Below, piece after piece: positions 10,004 through 19,471 of a stretch of 50,629 nucleotides of DNA (positions within the stretch are counted from its first letter, which is position 1; each line of letters starts with the position of its first letter). Under the pieces are notes generated by a model. That model was not told the DNA's origin, made no database searches, and saw only the letters and a program-made list of their open reading frames with translations. Source of the stretch: Actinomycetota bacterium. Its GTDB lineage: Bacteria > Actinomycetota > UBA4738 > HRBIN12. A program made the translations under genes and the position numbers. The DNA lies in the NCBI GenBank assembly GCA_050692855.1, contig JBOGVO010000258.1, positions 1 through 50,629 on the forward strand. Reading direction: 5' to 3'.

Positions 10004-10822
10004 TCAGCCGGGCGGCGCCAGCTCGGGCGGCGGCGCACCCTGCCCCCAGGCATCGGCGCCGCCGTCGACGAGCACGGACGATCCCGTCACGTAGCCCCCG
10101 CCGGACGATGCCAGGAACGCGATCGTTGCCGCCACCTCTTCGGGCAGGCCGGCCCGTCGCATCGGGACCTGGGCCGCGTACTCCGCCACGACCTCGGGCC
10201 CCCCGTACTGCCGGAGCCCCTCGGTCTCGATCAATCCCGCGGCGATGCACACGGCGCGGATGCCGTATCGCGACCACTCGTTCGACAGCGACGCGGCCAT
10301 CGTCTCGAGCGCAGATCGGGCCATGGACGAATGCGCCATCATCGGGATGCCGCGACGCGGGCTGAACCCGAGGAAGAAGACCACTCCCCGTCGGTCGGGG
10401 ATCATCCAGCGACGCGCCACCTCCCCGGTGACGTCCCACACCGCGTCCACGTTCAGCCGGTGCACGGCCCGCAATCCCTTGAGCGAGATGTCCTCGGCCG
10501 GAGCCGCGAACTGTCCGCCCGCGTTGTTCACGAGCACGTCGACGCGACCGAACCGAACTCCCACCTCGTCGAGGAACGTCGAGACCTCACCGGGCTCGCG
10601 CACGTCGCACGTGGCCGCGAGGACCTCCCGCCCTTCGGATCCGATCTCGGCCCGGACCTCCTCGAGCGGCTCCGGACGGCGGCCGCAGATCGCCACGTCG
10701 GCGCCCGTGCGCGCGAGCTCCAGCGCGGTGGCACGCCCGATGCCCGTGCCCCCGCCCGTCACGATCGCGACCGTTCCCGCGTTGGCGTCTGCCGCCAGCG
10801 GCGAGCGGAACCCGTCTGCCAT
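10004..10822 (-). CDS. Short-chain dehydrogenase/reductase (SDR)
   Basis: Trimmed to ATG 10822 (MADGFRS...). Motifs TGGGTGIG and NNAG. About 272 aa. Confidence 0.85.
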   Translation of the reverse strand: MADGFRSPLAADANAGTVAIVTGGGTGIGRATALELARTGADVAICGRRPEPLEEVRAEIGSEGREVLAATCDVREPGEVSTFLDEVGVRFGRVDVLVNNAGGQFAAPAEDISLKGLRAVHRLNVDAVWDVTGEVARRWMIPDRRGVVFFLGFSPRRGIPMMAHSSMARSALETMAASLSNEWSRYGIRAVCIAAGLIETEGLRQYGGPEVVAEYAAQVPMRRAGLPEEVAATIAFLASSGGGYVTGSSVLVDGGADAWGQGAPPPELAPPG

Positions 10823-11702
10823 GCTGCGCAGTATGAACGAGGAAGCACGCAGGGTGGCCGGCGAGGGCGGCGTGAAACTCGCCGCTCGCGTCGTCGACCC
10901 CTCCCTCCCGGGGATGCCGGGCCTGTTGCTGCACCACGGGCTCGCCTCGTCGCAGCACATCTGGGACCTGATGCTGCCGCGGCTGACGAGGCGGCTTCGC
11001 GTCGTCACGTTCGACGCCCGGGGTCACGGATCGAGCGCGAAGCCGAGCCGTGGATACGGATTCGACCACGTGGTGGCCGACACGCTGGCCGTGGCGCGCG
11101 GCACCGGCCTGCACAGGCCGACCGTCGTCGGACACTCCTGGGGCGCGATGGTGACGCTGGAGCTCGCGGCCCGGTTCCCGCGTTCGATCGCGGGCGCCGT
11201 GCTGATCGACGGTGGGGTGCACCGTATGCGAGACCACCTCGATTGGCCGACGGCCAAGGAGCTCCTCGCTCCCCCGCATCTGACCGGCATGCCGCTCGAG
11301 GAGTTCCGCGCCGTGATGCGAACGCTCCTGGCCGACGCCGTCGAGATCACGCCCGACCTGGAAGCCCAGGTACTATCCATGATGCGCGTCCGCCCCGACG
11401 GCACGATCACGCCGCGCCTCTCGAGATCGAACCACTTCCTCATCCTGCGCGCGATCTGGGAACAGGATCCGTACGAGCTCTGGACCCGCGTGCGGGTGCC
11501 GACGATCGCGATCGTCGCGCGCGACCTCGCCGACCAGGAGCGTCACGAGCGGATGCAACGGGCCGTCGCTCGCGTGCGGGACCTGACCCACAGCCGCCCG
11601 GTCACGATCGAGTGGATGCGCGGGATCCACGACCTGCCGCTGCAGCACCCCGAGGCGCTCGCAGGGCGCATCGCACGGTTCGTCGGAACCGCCGTACGCT
11701 AG
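10821..11702 (+). CDS. Alpha/beta hydrolase
   Basis: This is the 10245..11702 ORF trimmed to ATG 10821 (MLRSMNEE...), with an alternative ATG at 10833. It has HHGLASS and the nucleophile elbow GHSWG. Confidence 0.8.
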   Translation: MLRSMNEEARRVAGEGGVKLAARVVDPSLPGMPGLLLHHGLASSQHIWDLMLPRLTRRLRVVTFDARGHGSSAKPSRGYGFDHVVADTLAVARGTGLHRPTVVGHSWGAMVTLELAARFPRSIAGAVLIDGGVHRMRDHLDWPTAKELLAPPHLTGMPLEEFRAVMRTLLADAVEITPDLEAQVLSMMRVRPDGTITPRLSRSNHFLILRAIWEQDPYELWTRVRVPTIAIVARDLADQERHERMQRAVARVRDLTHSRPVTIEWMRGIHDLPLQHPEALAGRIARFVGTAVR

Positions 11703-11710
11703 ACGCGACG

Positions 11711-11983
11711 ATGTTCGTGCTGGTGCTGATCCTGCTGCTGCTGGCCGCCGTGTTCGGCGTTCTGGGCGCCGTGCTGAAGGCGGTCGCCTTCCTCGTGATC
11801 ACGGTCGTGCTCACCGTGATCGTGCTCGGGGCCCTCGCGTGGTGGGGCCTCAAGCGGAAGACGCGCGCGTTCCAGGCCGAGTACGACCGCCAGATCACGG
11901 ACCAGCGCGTCACCCGATACCGCGTGAACGAAGCCGAGCGGGACCCCGAGCGCCTGCCGCCGGAGCGCGACGATCGCTACTGA
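11711..11983 (+). CDS. Small membrane protein (hypothetical)
   Basis: This is the tail of ORF 9836..11983 from ATG 11711: MFVLVLILLLLAAVFGVLGAVLKAVAFLVITVVLTVIVLGALAWWGLKRK... It has two hydrophobic spans and a charged tail. Confidence 0.55.
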   Translation: MFVLVLILLLLAAVFGVLGAVLKAVAFLVITVVLTVIVLGALAWWGLKRKTRAFQAEYDRQITDQRVTRYRVNEAERDPERLPPERDDRY

Positions 11984-12444
11984 CCGTCCGGGAGCCGCGA
12001 CGAGCCGTTCCAGACCGGACGGGTCCGGCTGAGCACCGCGACCACGGCGCGTCCGATCAGCAGGAGGAGCAGCGTGGACGTGAGCCCCACGGCCACGAAC
12101 ACCAGGATCCTTCCACCCTGCGGAGATCCGACCCACCACGTGCGCACCAGCAAGGCGACGGGCACCGCGCTCACCCACGTGATCAGGAGCGAGGCCAGAT
12201 CGCGTCGTCGGTAGGTGCCGACCGCGAGCGCGACCACCGCCCACATCACTGCCAGCGGCAGCAGGTTCCGCGCCGCCACCTCGGCGACGGGCCCGATGTG
12301 GTGCGACCGCAAGCCCACGCCGACGAACGCGAGCAGGGCCACCAGGTCGGCGGCGACGAGCGCCGTGCCGCTCGGCCGCTGCTCGGCCCGGGTCGCCGGA
12401 CGTGCCGGGGATCCGTCGGCCGTCGGCGCCGTCGATCCGGACAT
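11977..12444 (-). CDS. DUF3054-like membrane protein
   Basis: This is the C-terminal 155 codons of ORF 11977..13968, from ATG 12444. It has four hydrophobic spans, and LVAADLVALLAFVGVGLRSHH resembles DUF3054 as I recall it. Confidence 0.6.
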   Translation of the reverse strand: MSGSTAPTADGSPARPATRAEQRPSGTALVAADLVALLAFVGVGLRSHHIGPVAEVAARNLLPLAVMWAVVALAVGTYRRRDLASLLITWVSAVPVALLVRTWWVGSPQGGRILVFVAVGLTSTLLLLLIGRAVVAVLSRTRPVWNGSSRLPDGQ

Positions 12445-12450
12445 GACCCC

Positions 12451-13590
12451 ATGCTCCCAGGCCCTTCGTGTCACGATGCGGCAACCGTGACCGCGAGTCG
12501 ACGCTCCCTCCGCGGCCTGCCCACCACGCTCGTGGTCGGCGGCTCGCTCGTCCTCGCGGCATCCTCGTGCACGACGACGGTCGCCGTCACGCCGGCACCG
12601 CCTCCTCCCGTGCGCATCCGCATCGATCGGCAGGCCCGTTCCATCCCTCAGGGCCTGACGTACGCGGCCCTGGCCGAACGGGAGGATCTGCACGCACGCG
12701 ACGGGCGCCTGCTCTCCGTCACCGGCGACGTGCTCGAGCGCCATATCTCCGAGGGCCACGTCAAGCTGAACGGTCTCGAGCCCGATCCCATGCACCTCCT
12801 GGCACCGGGCGATCGGATCGCCCTCGTCGACGGCGAGGACCGCACCGAGGGCACCACGCTCGTGAGGACCAGGGTCCCGGGTCGCGCGAACGCCTTCGTG
12901 CAGCGCACGCTCGTCACCTACCGCCGGGTGCAGGAGATCGCGACCGTGGGCAGGAGGTCGGGTCAGGTGATCGACGTGCGCGTGACGACGGCCGGACCGC
13001 GGCGGATCCCGAAGGCGGTCGCGCTCACGTTCGACGACGGCCCGTGGCCGGGCGACACCGAAGGGGTCCTGCGCGCCTTGCGCCGCGCTCGCGTCGAGGC
13101 CACGTTCTTCATGGTCGGATCGCTCGCAGCCGAGCATCCGGACCTCGTGCGGAAGGTGCTGCTCGCCGGGCACGAGATCGCGAACCATTCGTTCACCCAC
13201 CCGGTCGACCCACCGCTCGCCGAGATCTCCGATCGTCGCGTCGCGACCGAGATCGCCCGGACCGCGGAGGCGTTGCGTGGTGCCGGCGCCGACCCGACGC
13301 TGTTCCGTCCGCCGGGCGGGAGCATCGACGACACGGTGCTGCTGGAGGCATGGCGACAGCAGGAACGGGTGGTGATGTGGAGCGTGGATCCGCATGACTG
13401 GGACGCTTCGCGCACGCCGAAGCAGATCGCGAAGGACGTGCTGCGCCGCGTGCGACCCGGCTCGATCGTCCTCCTGCACGACGGAGGCGGCGATGGGGCC
13501 GACACCATCGAGGCGCTGCCGAGGATCGTGCGCGGCATCCGGAAGATGGGCCTCGACCTCGTGACGATCGATCCGTACCGTCGCGGGTAG
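12451..13590 (+). CDS. Polysaccharide deacetylase (CE4/NodB domain) with N-terminal signal/lipobox and extra N-terminal domain(s)
   Basis: This is the 11839..13590 ORF trimmed to ATG 12451, with an alternative GTG at 12487. It has LVLAASSC and the NodB motifs TFDDGP and HSFTHP. Confidence 0.85.
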   Translation: MLPGPSCHDAATVTASRRSLRGLPTTLVVGGSLVLAASSCTTTVAVTPAPPPPVRIRIDRQARSIPQGLTYAALAEREDLHARDGRLLSVTGDVLERHISEGHVKLNGLEPDPMHLLAPGDRIALVDGEDRTEGTTLVRTRVPGRANAFVQRTLVTYRRVQEIATVGRRSGQVIDVRVTTAGPRRIPKAVALTFDDGPWPGDTEGVLRALRRARVEATFFMVGSLAAEHPDLVRKVLLAGHEIANHSFTHPVDPPLAEISDRRVATEIARTAEALRGAGADPTLFRPPGGSIDDTVLLEAWRQQERVVMWSVDPHDWDASRTPKQIAKDVLRRVRPGSIVLLHDGGGDGADTIEALPRIVRGIRKMGLDLVTIDPYRRG

Positions 13591-13599
13591 CCTCGCTGC

Positions 13600-14019
13600 A
13601 TGGATCGGGCGACCGTGCTCTACGACGCGGACTGCGGCTTCTGCCGTTGGTCGACGGAACGACTCCGCGTCTGGGACCGCCACCGTGCGCTCCGGTTCGT
13701 GCCCCTCCAGCATCGCGAGGTGGACCGGCTCCTGCACGACCTGTCGCCCGAACGGCGAGCCGCCTCGTGGCATCTGGTCGAGCCCGACGGCTCGATCCGG
13801 TCCGCGGGCGCGGCCGTGCCTCCGCTGATGCGGCGACTCCCCGCTGGCACGCCGATCGCCGCGCTGGCCGAGTCGATGCCCAGGCTGACCGATCGTGTCT
13901 ATGCGGCCGTCGCCCGGCGGCGCTCGATGCTCGGTAGCCTGCTCGGACGGCAGTCGTGCGACGTCCATCCGACACGCGCCTCGACCACTGGGCCCGCCCC
14001 ACGGGATGCCGGTCGGTGA
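13600..14019 (+). CDS. Thiol-disulfide oxidoreductase DCC family (DUF393)
   Basis: The N-terminus is VLYDADCGFCRW, which carries the DxxCxxC motif. 139 aa. Confidence 0.8.
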   Translation: MDRATVLYDADCGFCRWSTERLRVWDRHRALRFVPLQHREVDRLLHDLSPERRAASWHLVEPDGSIRSAGAAVPPLMRRLPAGTPIAALAESMPRLTDRVYAAVARRRSMLGSLLGRQSCDVHPTRASTTGPAPRDAGR

Positions 14020-14702
14020 AGGCGGTCACGCGGACCGTCCTCGCCGAGCTGCGAGCCGCGGCCGACCCAACCCGCAGGCCCGGTATGGCCAGGGTCGGCA
14101 TCACCGTCGACCGGGCACTCGGAGTCTCGATCCCGGATTGTCGACGGATCGCGCGCGCGCATCGACGAGAGCACGAGCTGGCAGGCGACCTGTGGGCTAC
14201 CGGCATCCACGAGGCGCGAATCCTCGCGTCGATGGTCGAGGACCCATCGCTGGCCACCCGCGCGCAGATGGAGAGCTGGGCGAGCGATCTCGACTCCTGG
14301 GATCTCTGCGATCAGGTCTGCAACAACCTCTTCGCCGACACCCGCTTCGCGGGATCCTCGGCTCGAACATGGGCGCGTCGCGATGAGGAGTACGTGAAAC
14401 GAGCGGCGTTCAGCATCGTCGCTGCTCAGGCCGTCCACCACGAGGAACGCGACGACCGCTACTTCCTCACCTGGCTGCCGAGGATACGGCTCGCCGCAAC
14501 CGACGACCGCAACGCGGTGAAGAAGGCGGTCAACTGGTCGCTGCGGCAGATCGGGAAGCGGAACCTCGCGCTCCGAGACGCGGCGATCGCCGAGGCGCAG
14601 GACCTGCTCGAGCTCGACAGCCGCAGCGCCCGGTGGATCGCTCGCGACGCGCTGCGTGAGCTCCGCAGCGACGCGGTCACCGAGCGGCTCGTGGGCCGAT
14701 GA
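14016..14702 (+). CDS. DNA alkylation repair protein (AlkD-like HEAT-repeat)
   Basis: This is the 13956..14702 ORF trimmed to GTG 14016, which forms a GTGA overlap with the previous stop. Length and helical-repeat pattern (HEARILASM..., VKKAVNWSLRQIGKRN) fit the family. Confidence 0.7.
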   Translation: MKAVTRTVLAELRAAADPTRRPGMARVGITVDRALGVSIPDCRRIARAHRREHELAGDLWATGIHEARILASMVEDPSLATRAQMESWASDLDSWDLCDQVCNNLFADTRFAGSSARTWARRDEEYVKRAAFSIVAAQAVHHEERDDRYFLTWLPRIRLAATDDRNAVKKAVNWSLRQIGKRNLALRDAAIAEAQDLLELDSRSARWIARDALRELRSDAVTERLVGR

Positions 14703-14735
14703 TCTCGCCTTCTCGCGCAGCCGCGCCGGCACGCG

Positions 14736-14765
14736 GCAGGAGGGGGCGCGAACGCCCCCTCCTGC
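14736..14765. terminator. Perfect 13-bp GC-rich hairpin between convergent genes (bidirectional terminator candidate)
   Basis: gcaggagggggcg-cgaa-cgccccctcctgc. It lies between the AlkD-like stop (14702) and the MMPL stop (14791). There is no U-tract, so it would be an I-shaped terminator. Confidence 0.6.
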
Positions 14766-14790
14766 GGCTCGTCCCTCGCCCGATCTCGGA

Positions 14791-17343
14791 CTACTCCCTC
14801 GAGTCGGCCTCCACCAACTCGGCCGGCGTGTCCGGCACCACCATGGTCTCGTCGGCCACGGCGTGTCCCTCGACGTCGATCTTGGGCAGCCACTGCAGCC
14901 ACCTCGGCAGATACCAGTTGCGGTCACCGAGCAGCCGCATCGTCGACGGCACCAGGATCGATCGCACGACCGTCGCGTCCAGGAAGACCGCGACCGCGAG
15001 GCCGAAGCCCATCTGCTCCAGCGACGTCAGGCGCCCTGCGGCGAAGCCGGCGAACACCGCCACCATGATGACGGCGGCTCCGGTGATGATGCCGCCCGTC
15101 GTGCGCAGCCCGTACGCGACAGCCTGAGCGTTGTCGCCGGTCTTGTCGTACTGCTCCCGGATCCTGGTGAGCAGGAACACGTGGTAGTCCATCGACAGGC
15201 CGAAGAGGATCGAGAACAGGAACAGCGGTAGCCACGCCTCGATCGCATCGACCTGCTGGAACCCGAGGAAGCTCGCGATCGACTCGCCGAACGCCGGCCC
15301 GCCCTTCTGGAACACGAGCACGATGAGCCCGTACGCGGCGCCCACCGACAGCAGGTTCATGATGATCGCCTTGATCGGCACCACGATCGAACGGAACACG
15401 ACCGTGAGCAACAGGAAGGACAATCCCAGCACCAGCAGGATGATCAACGGCGTCGACGTGTCGGAGATGTCGAAGAAGTCCTTCACGAAGGCCGTGTCCC
15501 CGCCCACCAACACAGTGGCCGAGGTGCCAGTGAACGCCTCAGGCACGTACGTTTCGCGCAGGTTCGAGATCGTCGCAACCGCCGCCTCGCCCTGGGCGTC
15601 GGTCGCTGCCCCCGCGAGTGGGATCTCGATCAGCGCGACCGAACCGTCCCGGCTGACCTGCGGCGGCAGGGGCGCGCCGAGGGTGGGATCGTCGGCGATC
15701 GCCGACTCGAGCCCCTGCACGGCCGTCGCGTACTCACCCGTCAGCTCACCAGGGGCGCCGGGCTCCGTGCCGGCCGTCCCGACGCCGTCCGCCTCGATCA
15801 CGATCTCGACCGACGCCTGGGCACCCGTCTCGGGGAACCGCTCGACGATGACGTCGAACGCCTTCTTGGTCTGGATGCCGTCGGGAAGCGTGCTGATGCC
15901 CGCGAACCCGGTCTTGATACCGCTGCCCTCGCCATCGGGGTGAGATTGGAACCAGTACGGCAATGACAGCGCGAGCATGAACGCGCCGCCGATCGCGAGC
16001 CACGCCACCGGGCGGCCCATGACCGCACGGGTGACCCGGTCCCAGAACCCACCCTCTCTGCTGAGGCTGGAGCCCTCCGGCCGCGAGTACCGAGCGAACG
16101 CCCCCCGCTTGACCATGCGGTTGACGAGGATGCCCACGCCGACGAAACCCACGAGACCGCCGATCGGAGCCACGGCGGATGCCCCCGCGGCGGCCAGGCC
16201 GACGCCCACGACGCCACCGCCCAGCAGCATCGCGATGAACACGAGCAGCGTGGGGATGCGCGACAGGTACGGCCAGTTGACACGGTCGCCGAGCAGCGAG
16301 AGCACGGCCGGCAGCAGCGTCATCGACGAGGCCACCGAGACCAGGACGACGATGATCGCGCCACCCGCGAGGCTCCGGAAGATCGTGGTCGGCACGAGCA
16401 GCATGCCCGCGAGCGCGAGCACGACGGTCATCCCGCTGAAGAACACCGCGCGCGAGGCCGTGCCCCCCGAGGCTCGGATAGCATCCTGCTTCTCACGCCC
16501 GTTGTGCCGCTCCTCGCGGTAGCGCGACACGATGAACAAGGCGTAGTCGACGCCGACGGCGATGCCCATCATCGAGATCAGGTTCGGGGTAAAGAAGCTG
16601 AAGTCCCACAGCGTTCCCAGCAGGCCGACGATGCCGAGCGTGATCGGAAGCGTGAACAGGACCGTCATCAGCAGCGGGAGGATGCCTGCGACGATCGCCC
16701 CGAACACGATCAGCAGGACGATGATCGCGGCCGTGACGCCGATGCTCTCGCCGAAGGCCAGGTCTTCCTCGGAGATCACCCGGAAGTCCTCGGACGAGCT
16801 CACGGCGCCGAGCATGTGCGCCTCGACCCCATCGCCCGAAGCGGCCTCGCGCGCCGTTTCTACGTCTTCGAAGTGCGGCGTCGCCTCGTCGATGTCACCG
16901 GCGTAGACGCCCGTGAACAGCACGGCGGATCCGTCCTCGGACGGTATCGGACCGAGCGCAGCGATCCGTGGATCGGCAGCTTGCTCCTCGGTCAACGGGA
17001 ACGCCGCCGGCAGCGTGGAGAACACGTCGGGTCCGAGATCGGTGAGCTCGGTGATGAACCCGTTCACCCGGTCGGCGAAGGCCGGATCCTCGATCGCCCC
17101 CGGCTCGCCGGCGACGACGAACGTCTCGGAGATCACGTCCTCCGCGAGGTTCCGATCTTCGAGGATCTGTTGGGCTCGCTTCGCCTCCGGCGAGTTCGTG
17201 AAGTCGATGTCGGTGGTCAGCGCCGACCCCAGCAGCGTGGCGGCCGAAGCGATCCCGGCGATCAACAGCACCACCCAGATGCCGACGGTCCGCCACGGGT
17301 GGCGGCTGCTCGCTTTCGCGAGCGATTCGGGATTGATGCGCAT
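14791..17343 (-). CDS. MMPL-family (RND superfamily) membrane transporter
   Basis: This is the 14791..17487 ORF trimmed to ATG 17343 (MRINPESLAKASSRHPWRTVGIWVVLL), behind a GGAAGGGGG RBS. It has two blocks of TM helices separated by large soluble domains, and a typical MMPL N-terminus. Confidence 0.88.
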   Translation of the reverse strand: MRINPESLAKASSRHPWRTVGIWVVLLIAGIASAATLLGSALTTDIDFTNSPEAKRAQQILEDRNLAEDVISETFVVAGEPGAIEDPAFADRVNGFITELTDLGPDVFSTLPAAFPLTEEQAADPRIAALGPIPSEDGSAVLFTGVYAGDIDEATPHFEDVETAREAASGDGVEAHMLGAVSSSEDFRVISEEDLAFGESIGVTAAIIVLLIVFGAIVAGILPLLMTVLFTLPITLGIVGLLGTLWDFSFFTPNLISMMGIAVGVDYALFIVSRYREERHNGREKQDAIRASGGTASRAVFFSGMTVVLALAGMLLVPTTIFRSLAGGAIIVVLVSVASSMTLLPAVLSLLGDRVNWPYLSRIPTLLVFIAMLLGGGVVGVGLAAAGASAVAPIGGLVGFVGVGILVNRMVKRGAFARYSRPEGSSLSREGGFWDRVTRAVMGRPVAWLAIGGAFMLALSLPYWFQSHPDGEGSGIKTGFAGISTLPDGIQTKKAFDVIVERFPETGAQASVEIVIEADGVGTAGTEPGAPGELTGEYATAVQGLESAIADDPTLGAPLPPQVSRDGSVALIEIPLAGAATDAQGEAAVATISNLRETYVPEAFTGTSATVLVGGDTAFVKDFFDISDTSTPLIILLVLGLSFLLLTVVFRSIVVPIKAIIMNLLSVGAAYGLIVLVFQKGGPAFGESIASFLGFQQVDAIEAWLPLFLFSILFGLSMDYHVFLLTRIREQYDKTGDNAQAVAYGLRTTGGIITGAAVIMVAVFAGFAAGRLTSLEQMGFGLAVAVFLDATVVRSILVPSTMRLLGDRNWYLPRWLQWLPKIDVEGHAVADETMVVPDTPAELVEADSRE

Positions 17344-17387
17344 CCCGCGTTCCCCCTTCCTCCGCCGGTTGGGACCGACGCTTGACG

Positions 17388-17432
17388 TACGGTGTATGCT
17401 TACAGCGTACGGGAGGATAGACATACACCGTA
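17388..17432. promoter_or_regulatory. Inverted repeat in the TetR/MMPL divergent intergenic region (candidate TetR operator)
   Basis: tacggtgtatg (17388-17398) and catacaccgta (17422-17432) are perfect reverse complements 23 nt apart. A 10/12 palindrome tgtatgcttaca lies at the left arm. Confidence 0.45.
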
Positions 17433-17471
17433 AGCCTGTCAACCCCGATCCAGGCGAACGTTCGGAGAACG

Positions 17472-18209
17472 ATGCAGATGCCCGCAAGAACCCGGAAGTC
17501 CGAACCGCGAGCCCGCGTCGAGACTCCCGTCAAGGGGCGTCTCACACGAGAGCGCATCGTGGGAGCCGCCCTGCGCATCATGGACGAGGAAGGACTCGAT
17601 GCGGTCTCGATGCGGCGGGTCGCCCGGGAGGTGGGCGTCGAGGCGATGTCGCTCTACCACCACGTTCGCGACAAGGAAGATCTGCTCGACGGTGTCTGCG
17701 CGATGGTGATGTGCGACTTCCGCTATCCCGACGAGGATCGACCCTGGATCGAGGTCGCGCGCGACGGCGCCCGCGAATGGCGCCGTGTGCTGCGCGACCA
17801 CCCCAACGTGATCGCGCTCTGGGCGGAGCGACAGCGGCCGATGACGGAGCTCGAGGCCCTGATGCCGATGGAGTTCGCCCTCCGGGTGATCACGCGGGCC
17901 GGCATGGATCCCCGTGAGGGCGTCCTGGTCTTCAACGTGATCGGCGGCTACATCATGGGCGTCGTGATGATGGAGGTCGGCGCGATGTTCTCCGCCGGCA
18001 CCGCGCGAGGCGGGAAGACCGTGGATCTCAGCGCCGTGCACGCCAAGCTGCCCGACCAGGAGCTCGCGTCGTTCCTGCCCGCCGAGCAGCTGCCGTGCCT
18101 GGTCGCAGCCATGCCGCACCTGGCCGAGTGCGACCCGGACGAACAGTTCGAGTTCGGTCTCGACCTGCTCCTGGCCGGCATCCAGGCCCGGGTCGTCGCC
18201 GCATCCTGA
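17472..18209 (+). CDS. TetR-family transcriptional regulator
   Basis: The HTH region is RIVGAALRIMDEEGLDAVSMRRVAREVGVEAMSLYHHVRDKEDLL. It is divergent from the MMPL gene. Confidence 0.9.
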   Translation: MQMPARTRKSEPRARVETPVKGRLTRERIVGAALRIMDEEGLDAVSMRRVAREVGVEAMSLYHHVRDKEDLLDGVCAMVMCDFRYPDEDRPWIEVARDGAREWRRVLRDHPNVIALWAERQRPMTELEALMPMEFALRVITRAGMDPREGVLVFNVIGGYIMGVVMMEVGAMFSAGTARGGKTVDLSAVHAKLPDQELASFLPAEQLPCLVAAMPHLAECDPDEQFEFGLDLLLAGIQARVVAAS

Positions 18210-18216
18210 GGCGACC

Positions 18217-19398
18217 TCAGCGCAGTCCCAGCTCCGCCCCGACCCGGTGGAACACGCCCAACGCCGTCCTCAGGTCGTCCTCGGTGTGGTCGGCCGTGAC
18301 GATCGTGCGCACGCGCGCCAGCCCCTTGCCGACCGTGGGGAACACGATCGCCGGGCAGAACACTCCTTCGTCGAAGAGCCTCTTCGCGAACATCTGTGTG
18401 CGTTCCTCGTCTCCGGTGATCACGGGGGTGATCGGCGTCTCGCTCGTGCCGGTGTCGAACCCGAGCTCGCGCAGGCCGGCCTTGAACAGCTCGGTGTTCG
18501 ACCACAGGCGATCGAGCCGGTCGGGCTCGTCGGCGATCACGTCGAGCGCGGTGATGCAGGCCGCCACCACCCCTGGCGGTGCGCTCGTCGAGAAGAGGTA
18601 GGGACGTCCGCGATTCTGCAGCCACTCGATCAGATGGGCCGGGCCCGCGATGAATCCTCCGAGCACACCGATCGCCTTGGAGAGGGTGCCGACCTGGATG
18701 TCGACCCGCCCGTGCAACCCGTAGTGGTCCACCGTGCCCGCGCCACCCGTGCCGAGCACGCCGCTGGCATGGGCGTCGTCGACCATCATGATCGCGCCGC
18801 GCCGCTCGGCGACCTCCACCAGATCGGGGAGCGGCGCGATGTCGCCGTCCATCGAGAACACCCCGTCGGTGACGAGCAGTTGGCGTCGCCCGGGCTTCGC
18901 CGTCTCCGCGAGCAGCCGGTCGGCATGGTCGGTGTCGCGGTGATCGAAGACCGCGATCTCGGCCCTGGACAGACGCGCCCCGTCGATGATCGACGCATGG
19001 TTCAGCCGATCCGAGACGATCACGTCCTCCTGCGTGAGGATCGCCGCCACGGTGCCGGCGTTCGACGTGAATCCCGACTGGAACATCAGCGCGGCCTCGG
19101 CATGCTTGAACTCGGCGAACCGCGATTCGAGCTCACGATGCACCGTCATCTGGCCCGCGATCGTGCGGACGGCGCCCGATCCGGCCCCGAGCTCCAACGC
19201 GGCAGCGCTCGCCGCCTCGTTCATGCGCGGGTGGCTCGCGAGTCCCAGGTAGTTGTTCGAGGCCAGGTTGATCACGTCGCGCCCGTCGAAGCGCGCCCGA
19301 GCCCGCTGGGGTCCTTCGAGCGTTCGCGGGTGCAGCAACAGGCCGTCTCGCCCGAGCGCCTCGAGCTCTTCCTTCAGGTAATCGAGCGTGCCGGGCAT
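18217..19398 (-). CDS. kbl: Glycine C-acetyltransferase (2-amino-3-ketobutyrate CoA ligase)
   Basis: 393 aa alpha-oxoamine synthase with the PLP lysine in GTLSKAIG and a GGAGG RBS. It lies immediately downstream of tdh. Confidence 0.88.
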   Translation of the reverse strand: MPGTLDYLKEELEALGRDGLLLHPRTLEGPQRARARFDGRDVINLASNNYLGLASHPRMNEAASAAALELGAGSGAVRTIAGQMTVHRELESRFAEFKHAEAALMFQSGFTSNAGTVAAILTQEDVIVSDRLNHASIIDGARLSRAEIAVFDHRDTDHADRLLAETAKPGRRQLLVTDGVFSMDGDIAPLPDLVEVAERRGAIMMVDDAHASGVLGTGGAGTVDHYGLHGRVDIQVGTLSKAIGVLGGFIAGPAHLIEWLQNRGRPYLFSTSAPPGVVAACITALDVIADEPDRLDRLWSNTELFKAGLRELGFDTGTSETPITPVITGDEERTQMFAKRLFDEGVFCPAIVFPTVGKGLARVRTIVTADHTEDDLRTALGVFHRVGAELGLR

Positions 19399-19471
19399 CG
19401 CGGTTCCTCCTCGGGTTCGGTCGCTCGAACCCTACCCGCCGCACCTGCCGCGCAGCCGGGAAGGACGCTCC

